Assembly (NCBI GenBank): GCA_027604505.1
Contig: JADIIX010000028.1
Location: 172,071-192,070, forward strand
From: Gonapodya sp. JEL0774
Taxonomy: Eukaryota
Length of the DNA: 20,000 nt
Direction of reading: 5' to 3'
Positions 1 through 10,624 of the stretch are shown piece after piece; position 1 is the first letter of the stretch; each line of letters starts with the position of its first letter. The notes under the pieces were generated by a model. That model ran no database searches. It saw only the letters and a list, made by a program, of their open reading frames with translations, and was not told where the DNA came from. A program made the translations under genes and the position numbers.

Positions 1-178
1 ACACAAGAGCAATTCACCAGGTTGAAGAAGCCGTATGCTAGGAGCCAACCCAGACGCAAGACGAGACCACTTTGAGATAACACGCTGAGTCACCTGTCAC
101 CATGACTGTGGCGCTCCCTGAGCATTTCGTCATGTGAGAGAACCATTCAACAAAAGAGCCCTTGCGTCGTCTGACCCG

Positions 179-885
179 CTAAGTCGTCTCCATTACACGT
201 ACTCTTCGACAGAGCTGCAGGCTTCTCGACAATGTCAAAGCATCTGCAGAGCAAGAACGTACCTCGACAGCGACCCTCTCGCCCTCACATGTCCAGGCGT
301 GGGGAATCCAAGCAAACTCCTTGAAGGTCGGGAGAAGCTCGTTTGTCAGAAAGCGAGAATATTGGCGGTAATTCATTGGAGGAGTGCCTTCAAAAACGTA
401 GTGAAGGTTGAGACCACAACTTTTGACTTGCACGAGGTCTTCCATACATCGCTACTCGCGGTCGGCACCACGGATGCCGACACTTAAAACAACCGTTTCG
501 GGGCATACACCGGTGATGGAAGTAATTGGATGAAAAGGGAAGAGAGTCACAAACCTATCGAACGAGGGAGTATCTCCACGGTGAGAAGTCTGTTGTCGAG
601 TATAGCGAGAGCAGAGTTTGTATTTCTGAACAGGGCGGACATGAACTCTTGAACGACCTGCTTCGGTTGAGTGTAGGCAAGGTCAGGAGGATGCATTTTA
701 TGGCAGTGGTTAAGGGCAGACGTGGGCGGACAACGATCGGCAGATTGTATAGGAGGTGAGGTGAGGGAACACGAGAGGCGTGCTTTGGTCCACAAGCACC
801 ATGCACCCCGGTCTCCTTTTCGGCAAGAGTATTCCAGTAGTGACCTTAATCCAGTCAGAAAAACCGACATAAGCTGAGGATTCAT
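179..885 (-). other. Possible spliced gene of unknown function (not resolved)
   Basis: Two minus-strand ORFs (547-885, 179-445) with plausible GT..AG intron signals between and within them. I could not join them into one convincing frame and recognise no motif. Confidence 0.2.
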
Positions 886-1602
886 GAGTCAAACTCCACC
901 GTATTCACTTGCTTTCCATCTCCAACAAGCGTTTATCTATACCTATGTTATACTGCTGCCGGTGCTGCCGGTCATCTCGCCCAGATACCTACGCCATCAG
1001 ACCTCACATGCTCTGTAGCTGTAACTCCACATCCCTGCGAGGCGGAGATCCACAATCGCAAATTGAAGATGCCTTAGGCATGGACCTCGACTCTCAAGAC
1101 TTGCTGAGTATTTGAACTACTCATGTGTTATACCATGCATATCGACACACTTTGATGCTTCAAACGGCATGAAATATCCGAGGGTGCAACCTGGCGCCCA
1201 CAGTCCCCTCATCTATCATCAAACTTCATTTACATTTAGCTCTTCTCTGGTCCTCTTGCTTCAATGAGACCACGTCTCTGGGACGGAACCTCTCACGTTC
1301 GAACCATGATCTGTCGGTGAACGAACCAATGTGCGATCGTGAGTTTTGAAAGCGTGGCTGAGGCGGGTATCAACGTCTATCAAGATGCGGTTGTCGGAGC
1401 TTGTTACTGGTCCGAATTTCATCGTACTGGCAGCATCGGCTCAATATTTTGAAATAGTAGATTCGAGCGTCTAAGTGAGCGCTGCCGGCTCCAGTTGTTG
1501 AAATACCTGGACGTGCTAGACGCGCTGTGTAGTCTAAATTTGGTCTAACTCTGTGACCATCCAACTCACCCGAGACCCAAAAGATCCTACCGACCAGAAG
1601 CT

Positions 1603-2780
1603 ATGCCAGGAGCGCCAGTCCTAATCGTTATTGGTGTCGTCGCGGTTGTTGCCGCGGCTATTGTCGTTTGTGAGTTCGACCTTTGTCTGTCAAGCGCTTA
1701 GCTCGCTGTTGTTCGTTAGACTGCAATCGAATCGAGCGTTCACAGAGATCTCATCTTCGAAAAGGGTCGATCTACGAGCAAATTCAGGAAAGAGAAGACC
1801 GTTATGAGCAGTTCCATAGCTCTTCCGGATCTTCTCGCCGCCAGAGCTCCCGGGAGCCCGACCCACCCAAGCGTCCATCAGGGAGATCAGTAGGATCCAC
1901 TCGGCAACGCCCATCACGTTTTCGCTATCAAACTGAAGAAGGAGAAGACGAGGCTCTTTTTGAAGCGGCCATGAAGGACCAGGGTGACATAAGTCTCCAT
2001 GACGTGGAGAGCAGGTACTCCCCCAAGTTTCGACCATCCTCGACGCAACGACTAGCTCCCATTCCACCGTCGGAGCGCGATGTTTTTAGCTCACACAGTG
2101 TCAAGCCCGGTGCTCCGTTGGAAGTTGCTTCATCGGAGCTCGGGAAAAGACGTTTGGAAACTGAACCAGAACGATCCACTTCAGTGAGTGATCCGAATAT
2201 CTTCTTAACCCCCACCGTACCTGGACTATACATTGTAAACAGCATCAGAGGTCTGAAACAATAGCAAGCCGGGTTGAAGCCGGGTCTCGTATTGACAATC
2301 CACGCGATACGACGGGCTGTGCCTCGACTCTGCTCCAGCAATCCTCGGATGAGGTCTACAGTAATCCAATCCCTCAAGTGTCATCTGTTAGTGGGGGCGA
2401 GCTGCACTCGGCGTCTGTGGTACTTGTACCTCTCTCATCGGATGAACAGCGTCATCACTCGCGGAATGCATCTGAGTCCGCGAGGTCTGCAACCTCTGGA
2501 GCAGGTTCAGACTGGACCGAGCTCGGCAGTGAGTAGGAGCAGTCTCGGGTGTCACTTAATCGATAAAGTGATCAATTGAACTCCAACAGATCCCCTTGTA
2601 CTATCACCACCCCGGAGCTCGAGTTCACGTCCCACCTCACCACCTCGCACCACACAAACTGATATGAGCGCATCCACAAGTGTGGACGGGTCTGTGACTG
2701 ATCAAAGCTCTATGATGAGTGGAAGCGAATGGCTAGATGTTGAGGATTCACTTCGGAACAGCAATATGGACAGGACCTGA
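1603..2780 (+). CDS. 335-aa N-terminal signal-anchor protein with Ser/Arg-rich disordered body and two W-x-x-L/V motifs; exons 1603-1669, 1720-2183, 2243-2528, 2590-2780
   Basis: ATG at 1603 gives MPGAPVLIVIGVVAVVAAAIVVY (hydrophobic helix). Three introns with GTGAGT donors and YAG acceptors (1670-1719, 2184-2242, 2529-2589) splice to one open frame ending ...SGSEWLDVEDSLRNSNMDRT-TGA at 2778-2780. Confidence 0.85.
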
Positions 2781-3280
2781 ATCTTGATTGATGACCCGGA
2801 CTAGCGATTCAAGCTCGTGGAGTAGAGAGAGCGCCGGAGGAGGTGGGGGGAGTGGGGGGTTAATGTGGGGCAGTGGTGGTGTGCGATTGGTGGTGGACGT
2901 GCGCACGCACAAACAGAGACTGTGTACACGTCTGCAGGTGTACTTTTCAAAATAGTAATGTAGTTGTTTAGCCACTTACAATACATATGGTGCTTCCTTC
3001 TTTCCGCACAGAATCCACACGTTAGCGGTTTGACTTGGGTTCCCCTGCAAGCTCGTGGCCTGCGGCACTTCAGATCCACTGACCACCAGCACTCACAGTT
3101 GGGCGCACACATCGCGTATTTTTAGCTCAGAGATGAATTTGAATTGTATTTGGTTTGTATTACAGTGTAGCGCGCTTATTCTATGCTTCTCTAGTACGAC
3201 TCGTGAATATTGAAACCTGCATCAAACACGCTTCGACATAGTCTGGGACCCGCTTCTGCACAACTAATGGTATAGGAATG

Positions 3281-3342
3281 NNNNNNNNNNNTTTTTTTTT
3301 TTTTTTTTTTGTGTTTGTTGGGGGGGGGGGGGGGGGGGGGGG
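3281..3342. other. Assembly gap (11 N) followed by poly-T and poly-G runs
   Basis: N run 3281-3291, T run 3292-3310, G run ~3319-3342; typical low-quality contig end. Confidence 0.95.
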
Positions 3343-3347
3343 CGCCC

Positions 3348-3856
3348 CGTGATGACAACCTTTTCGGGAACTGCTGTAAAAGGGCCCGTGACCAACTCCA
3401 CCATAATTCTATAATTCGTTTCTGCAGACTTTCTAAACAACGCCGCGAATAATGATGAGCACTTGTAAAATGATGATAAAATTTCAATATTGTATTGCGT
3501 ACATAAAATAGACTCCACCGCTCCTGCTCCTGGGGTTAGTCCCGATCCTGCACAGGCATTTCGTGCTACATTCCCGACTCCGGTTTGCCCAACGCACCAC
3601 ACGCTCTATCCCCCGGGGCCACCAGAGCGAAAAACTCACTAAATTCCGTCTGTCCCAGTCTTCCCCCTGCGCCCCCCTTGCGCCCCCCCCCCCACCCCCC
3701 TCCCCCACACACACCTTCCTCGCTCCACCCCTGGACCCCCCCCTCGCCGGACCGCGCCCCCCCTCCCGTTGCCGACCACCTGTTCTCCCCAACCATTCAA
3801 CTCACCTGCATCTCCCGCCGTTGTTCCATATGTCCAGGTTTCCATGCTGACCACGA
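3348..3856 (-). repeat. Diverged direct-repeat copy 1 of the upstream/5' region of the ankyrin-kinase gene
   Basis: Colinear similarity to 12560-13232: identical 23-mer TGTATTGCGTACATAAAATAGAC (3491-3513 = 12697-12719), shared GACTTTCTAAAC, TGATGATAAAATTTC, a C-rich tract, CCTCCCGTYGCCGACCACC and ATTCAACTCACCTG. Minus-strand ATG at 3404 gives MVELVTGPFTAVPEKVVIT, which aligns with MAQPVTAPQPKRNPKVNIT. Confidence 0.9.
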
Positions 3857-4555
3857 TCGCCGCGGCCCTTAAATCACCCGTGCCCGTTCCCGCGGGCTGC
3901 GCTGCTTGACTGTTTGTGCAGAAATGCCGTCCGCCAGTGATTCGCCTCTACTTGAGGGCGGCCCGCCTGTTCGCCAATCACGGTGTCATTGTCGTCCCTA
4001 AGCTCCCCGTCCCGGATGTCCCTTGGTGGTTTCTTTTCGCCGTCCCGTTCCCGTTCTGGCCCGCGACTCCAGTCCGCTCCCCGCCACGCTCCTACAGCCA
4101 CTCCATTCGACCGTCGGCGCTGCTTCCATTATTAGGTCTCCGCTCATGGGTCCCGTGTTCCCTTCACTTCGTTTCGTCCATTAAGGAGGTGCGTGTTTGT
4201 CTGTCTTGGAACACGTGAAGACTCGGAATCAGCACAACGCTCACCAACGACATATGCTCCAAAATACCATCACAAACCACGTTGTTACCCAGTCTCGTAT
4301 CCCCTGTCTGTCTCCTCTCTTCCTTCTGCGTCCCTTGTTGCCGTCACCGTACTCTTCCGTCACGACGAACAGTATGTGCGGGAGAAGCATAGTGGACATA
4401 GCAGTGTCTACGACGTTCGGACAGGGGAGAGCGACGAAGACGGTGAGTGGAAGTCTTGGCGGGGGAAAATATGGCGGAAGGACAGAGTAGTGGGAGGATG
4501 GGGGTTTGGGAGTCTTTCATGCGACGTGAGTACCCATAAATACCATATCATCACC

Positions 4556-6320
4556 TCAGAGCTGTACTGAGCTCCCACTCCTCCCGCTGCATGATATCTC
4601 CCACAATCCACCTCCCTCCTCCACCTACTTGACATCAAACGTGACTGCAGGGACCATCTGCTCCGCCACGTGCATTCCAGTCCTCGTATGAAGTGTCAAC
4701 TCCCCACATCGAATGACAGAAGGGCCTCGAGCGAGGGCCATGAAGACGATGAGTCGGTCTTGAAGGTACTCGTCCACGCATGTACCGAGGGCGAGTTGGG
4801 AACCGAATGATTCTGCGGCTTCGGTGGCGCGGTCAGACGGTGTGGTGGGAGACGGGCGTTTCAAGAGGGGATAATGTGCAGATGTGGCGAGAAGGCAGCA
4901 GGTGGTTGTTCGAGCAACGAGGCTGGTGTGGGTGGAACGGACACACAAGGCGTTGACATACGTGAGTAGCAACATCGTGATATATGACGTGGATTGCAAC
5001 CTGAGCTCACAGTATTCCTGCACCTTCCCCTCCCACACAAGAATGATTTCCGTGTTCCGTCCTCTCAAAGGTAACCTGGGGAACCTCATCGTCGTGTCCG
5101 TTCTGCCCCGCGCTGCCATTCTCACCGTGAGGATTACCTGCATAGATTGGCGGGTGCGCCTTCCGGAACACCCGACGAGCAGTGCGCTCCATTTCCTCGA
5201 GCACATTCGCGGGTACACTAGGGGATCACCAAGCGTAACTGACGATTGACGCTCGTTTGAGTTTCGTCGAGAGCTCAGCTAAGAGCGCCAAAGCCCCCTT
5301 TGGCAAAGCAGGGGCACTCACCCTGTCAAAGATTCGACTCTACCTCTGTCAACAATAGAGAATCCGTGCAGTAGTTACCCACTCTCCAAACCCCTCACAT
5401 CCACGACGACCTCCCCTCCACCTCAAGGGTGGAGGCCTCTCCGCACAACACCAATCTCACACCCGCGCTGTCACTCCCGGGTTTTAGTCCGAGCTTTCCA
5501 TGTACCACCTCATGGAACACTCTGGAGATGTATTTTATCCGAGGCAAGTGGTTCACGTCGGTGCCTCCTCGCAACACTAGTCGAGTTTGCCCAGAGGTGA
5601 ACAAAGGACGGGGAGGGAGCCTTGGATGAGCAGCGACGCGGAGCCTACGGTACCGGTGTCTACTACGTATGAACAAGTGGGCGAGTCATCAGAAAGAAAA
5701 TGCTGGGTGGTGTAAGCGGACGTGGAGCTTCCGAGAAACGGTGGTGGTGTTGGTGGACCGTTCACGGGGAGATCGTTCACCTCTCCGGATTTCATCAGTG
5801 GCGGGAACAAAAGTTCACACGAGTCGACTCGAGATCCGAAAATCGTGGCATGTGAGACTTCGGCGACGAGATTGACGCCTGTCATGTGTTGAGAACGTAG
5901 ATCTGAATGGTTGAAAACAGATGTTTCAGGATGCACACAGGTTCGTGAAGCCACTCCTGGTTTCCTAATACAGCAGCGAGGGATGATTCAGAATGAGCTC
6001 ACCGGGCTTTTCTCTGTTCTTTCGAATATCGCGGATCCGAACAGGGCTACCCAAGATGGCGGCGTATGCGAGCGAACGTCTCAAGACTACACCGTCGATC
6101 CGCGAACACCATGGGTAGAAACTCCCACACTTGGAAAAACTCAATGATTCACGCACTCTCCACCGGCCTCGAGAATACCTTCATCGATTTCCATACGTTC
6201 CCGTCCGTCCCTGTCCCCGTCCTCATCCGCATATTGCTCAAGTCCGGGAAGGAGCGCTTTGCTAGGAAGCGCGCGCGATCCACGAGCTGATTTACCAGAT
6301 GAGTGGCGGGGTTTCGGCAT
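4556..6320 (-). pseudogene. RTCA: RNA 3'-terminal phosphate cyclase (RTCA/RtcA type) unprocessed pseudogene
   Basis: Ordered RTCA motifs across exons: MEIDEGILEAGG, VLRRSLAYAAILGSPVRIRDIRKNREKP, LRSQHMTGV, DTGTVGSASLLIQ, LVLRGGTDV, RRGLHP*GGGEVVVDV, GEGAGIL/LVARTTT, VDEYLQDRLIVFMALA, LTLHTRTGMHVAEQM (catalytic His motif). Disablements: frameshift near 5603, frameshift near 5450, in-frame stops TGA 5423-5425, TAA 5375-5377, TAG 4625-4627. Confidence 0.9.
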
Positions 6321-6721
6321 CGAGGTCGGTGGATCGAGTGAGAATCTGTTGAACGGAGACTTTCCAAGTTCAGAGGCTAGTGATGTCCAGCACTCGTCAC
6401 ACTTCGGTGATTCCCGCAACTCCGAAGTTCACCGACAGTACAAATAAGAATGCACATTTGCTACGGAATAGTTTGAAAGTTTGTTATATATGTACGCGTA
6501 CTGGGGCCACATATCAAGGACGACAGATTCAAGTCACAAAGCGGACGGCACAAATAAGAATGGTTTCTCGCATGCGAAAGGCTTGACTTTTGTGTTTGAA
6601 CTCCACATAATCAGATACTCAGCAGCAAAAACACCCCAATACATACTTTGATATGAAGCCGACATGAGTGAGAGTCCCAGTACTTCGACCAAGTACACTC
6701 AGCATAAATTCTTCCTTGATG

Positions 6722-7353
6722 TTAATCCTTGCCATTCCAAGCGTTCAAAGCTGCTCCTGGACTTCCGCTCCCCTCCCCCAGTTCAATCTGCATGAGCACT
6801 ATGTCGATCCACTTTCCGAATTTGAATCCAATCCTCTTCAAGTGTCCGACCTGTTGAAAGCCGTTCTTCGCATGAAGCTCTTTAGAGCCACTGTCTGCCG
6901 TTCCGATGACAGCCACCATTTGTCTGTACCCCAACTTTCCACATGTGGGTATCAATCGTTGTAGAAGGAGCGATCCCAGACCCTTTCTTTGGTGATCGCG
7001 GTGAACATACACCGAGTTCTCGACAGTATACCTGTACCCAAACCTGGGGCGGTACTATGTGCAGACCTATCAGTTCGTGATTTGCTTCGGTAATCAACAA
7101 GAGAGACAATCGACCAACTCACAGACGACGCATAGCTATATCCAACTACGATCTCCGCCTCACCATCTCCAAACGTTGCCACGTACCATGGAAACCCGCC
7201 GTCCAGAACCTTTTTCACGCGGTCCTTCATTTCCTCCACAGACGGTTCGTCGCACTCCCAGGTCGCCGTACCGGTCCGTACTTCAAACGAGTATATGGTG
7301 TGGATTGCGTTCAAATCAGTAGCAAAATTGATTGGGCGGATGTGATAGGCCAT
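6722..7353 (-). CDS. GNAT N-acetyltransferase, phosphinothricin/methionine-sulfoximine acetyltransferase (Pat/YncA-like) family, 187 aa; exons 7353-7123, 7054-6722
   Basis: Phase-0 intron 7122-7055 (GTGAGT...CATAG) joins ...GTATWECDEPSVEEM...VVGYSYASS to YRPRFGYRYTVENSVYVHRDHQRKGLGSLLL...YRQMVAVIG...LHAKNGFQQVG...GFKFGKWIDIVLMQIELG. QRKGLG is the acetyl-CoA binding motif; GxKFGxWxD is typical of this family. Confidence 0.92.
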
Positions 7354-8399
7354 TGTATGGGCGGAGGATGTGCAGTAATTTCAAGTTGGGTGTAGATTTG
7401 ATACATCCAACAAGTTTTGAGTAGCTTTCTTACTCGATTCGCCGTGTCTTTCCCGTTTAACTGTTCCGAGGACGACAAATGTAGAAGAGCTCGTTCTGTC
7501 TTGACTCTCGCATGCCCAACTAGACTATATATTAGTGATATTGCAGTTGACCTTCTACGCGGTCTCGCTTACACTCCCTTCCCACATTGTTGTTCTCACG
7601 ACACTGGATTCTTTCCCGAATGCTCGCGGCTCCCAATCTCGAATGCGGCGGGCCAACAGTTTTGCACGACCCACCACCCACATTGGCACCGCCAACACAC
7701 ATACCTCCCAACCCCTCCACCTACCACTCACTGACCATACTCCCATTGATTTTCTTCTGACCTCCGAGGCTGCTGTACCATTCAAGTCCCAGTGCCCCGT
7801 CTCCATTGAAGAACTGTGATGTTTTTGTTGGGGTTTCAGACAAGCGGAGGCGGTGGTGAGTGGAATATAAATTCGAATACAATGAGTGCCGTAGAATCAG
7901 AACGTCGGACTTTGGAGGGAGGGCAGAGTACAGGGGGCGTTGGTTAATTTGCTTTGATCTGTGTATGGTGTAATCCCGAGACAAGTAACTTAGACAAGAT
8001 ATGGCCAAAATCAATCGGCACTTACACTTACATTTGGAGACAATTCGCAACGCCTGCCTCTCGTCAAGCCATCCTCTCAGATCATTGTCATTATCACCGC
8101 GATATCGGCACCACGTCCACCCCGGCCTAGTGGTGCCGAAATTGTTGCTCGGACAGGCACAATCAGTCGAGCAGTAACGTGGTTATGCTGTGGGGGAGGA
8201 TGGGCAAATGGAACGTCGGCACACCATACAAGCTGCGGACCGTCCGAAAGTACAGAACATTGACTCGACATGTTGCAAACGAACCACAGTTTGCAGGTCT
8301 ATCGTCGTTGAAATTCAGGAAGTGCAGTGAACATGACTTGTGCGAGATGAGTGTACAGGGACACTTGTACTCCACCGCCGGCTCGTGTGAAGAGGAACC

Positions 8400-9500
8400 G
8401 AGACAGGAAAGTTATAGAATAAATGTTCACAAAACCATTGTAAAGTTGAATTGCTTGCGCGGACTCACATGACTATCGAGGCGAGAGCCTGTGTGCTGTG
8501 TCGCCTAAAATCCAAACCGCAAGCGATCCTAACCAGTGCGCGAACCACGGACTACAACCTGCCGGTGACATGGCAGTCTATTCACACGGACGTAGTGCAC
8601 GCAAAGGATGTCGAGACTGAAACGCGGTCCAGGGGGCGATGGGTCGCGGAAGCAGACGGTGAAATGGTTGTGTCCTGCTGCGACGAAGGGGGTTGACATC
8701 AGAAAAAGGCGCTTTCGATGCGGTCGAGATCTTTTTAGGCCTTACCTCGATCTTGAGACTCGAATCAAAGTAATACGCCAATACAACCATCAGTCGTAGA
8801 ACACATAACGTGACGGAATGGGGACGCGACGTGCACGCTGGAGTATAACAAGAAGACGATCGAGTGGGACTCAAATCATTGAGAGAGCACAAGCTTCGAG
8901 GGAGCGAGGGCGGGGAATTAGATCTCCGTCGTGCAGGATGGATCGCGGATTGGGAACTCCCCGCAGAGAAGCGAAGTGTGAAGCACGTGAGCAAGCCATA
9001 CACAATCAATTACGCGTGAAGCTCACTGATTTGACTTACATCACCGGATCATCGTGACAGACGGGGCTTCCGGCTTCGTAGATTGATTTGTCGCTCAATC
9101 ACACGTCGTCCATTCTCGTGCCGCTATTGAAAGCGCTCTGTCGGCACCACACAAGAGTTTCGCAGTGTCGTGTACGTAAATCGCTGTGGAAAACAGCCGG
9201 GTCTGATACGTTACTTCACGAAGCTCCACTCACCTTTTGCTCTGAGAACGAAGAACCGCATGGCCTCTTTATCCTTGTAGAATCCAGCGAAAAACTGGAG
9301 AAACATATGTTGAGTCGGGCATTTGTTGTGTCAAATGCAGGTCCGGGATCCTAGGACGAGGAAGGAGCAACTCGGGGCTGTTATCCTGGACAACGGAACG
9401 TGGAGGTACGGCACAGACATTGAGACAAGGAACCAACGCTCACGACTAAATTCTACGTGCTTACTGACCTGATTTGAAGTTATCGAGGGAGATGAGAGCA
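8400..9500 (-). other. Chain of intron-like signals with no intact ORF (decayed gene or spliced non-coding transcript)
   Basis: Minus-strand donors GTGAGT 9233, GTAAGT 9039, GTAAGG 8745, GTGAGT 8468, with pyrimidine-rich CAG acceptors (e.g. 9184, ~8838, ~8678). The spliced frames I tried hit stops. Confidence 0.3.
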
Positions 9501-10624
9501 CCACCGGAGACAAACGAATAAGTGGGGGGACCAGAAGAACATGATGCCCTGGGCGTCAAAGACACGGAAAAAAGACATCTGAATGCGAGTCAATGAGAAA
9601 CGCCATTGTGATGGCTTTGGCGGCGAAACAACAGTCTCATGCTCACCAATGAGCGTCAATTCGATGAATCAAAACGGGACGGGCTTGTCGCCCCTATCCA
9701 TCCATATTTTTTATAGAATGATGCCACAAGATATTGCGCTGCCCTCTTTGAAGAACGTTCTTGCTCACGAGAACCAGGGTGCACGATGGATTGCCGAGTC
9801 GAGCGAACCGTCCCAGGAAGAGCTCCATCAACCAGTTCGGAGCGAGCAGGACAAAGAAAAAGGCCTACAGCAGGGTAGTTCCACGAGTCTTCGAGTCCGT
9901 CAACCTAGAGCTCTCCGCCGGTACATCGCTTCACTATCCGATTATTGCACTGTCCCGCAGTGACCACCACGTCTCCGAACTTCTGTCGCCGGTTCATGGT
10001 GGATATCGAAATCGTCTTCTGGTTGCTTTCCGTTTTCGATCCGTCGCATTGCAAAGTACATGTTTCAAGGAATCGGTGCCGTGTCGACCTATCGAATGCG
10101 CTACGAATATCTCGACAGAGACACCCCGAGAAGCGCCGAGCTTCTCGATCGCCTCACAATCTAAAAAACTCTGAGGCGGATACTATATGTCATACCCTTC
10201 TATTGGGCGACGGTAAGTCCCGTCTCGACCAGAAGTCAATTCCTTTCAGACCAGCAAGGCCGGTCATGTAGGCGATCCCTACCATTAAAGAGGGACGGCA
10301 ATTTCAGCATTATTTTAGGAAGCTCCACACAAAAGTATAGACTCACAAGTGGCAAAGAAGCCTGACCACGCGGCAACAAACTGGCTGATTGCGTAACTTG
10401 TGGACATAGAGCCGGCTGATCAATGTTACAAACTGCAGCAGAGGCAGGGACAGCGAGACAAAACAAGAAGATTCAAGAGCAACAACTGATTAAGTATTAT
10501 TTGGTACTGGTATTAAAGTATACAATAAATGGATCAAAACTCGCCCAAACTGTTGTCTGAATTCTGATTCATTCTCAAAATTTGACTCCCTCCTCCTCGG
10601 CCCCTCCCCACCAAACACAACTCA

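Noticed and set aside
3191..3872. Pro/Gly/Lys-rich ORFs spanning the gap and C-rich tract
   Set aside because: Artefacts of homopolymer runs, Ns and low-complexity sequence.
4556..6320. Functional RTCA via stop readthrough, recoding or an alternative genetic code
   Set aside because: All three stop types plus frameshifts occur, and neighbouring genes end in TAA, TAG and TGA normally; decay is the simpler explanation.
9583..10271. Three overlapping plus-strand ORFs suggesting a frameshifted gene
   Set aside because: No recognisable domain or consistent splice model.
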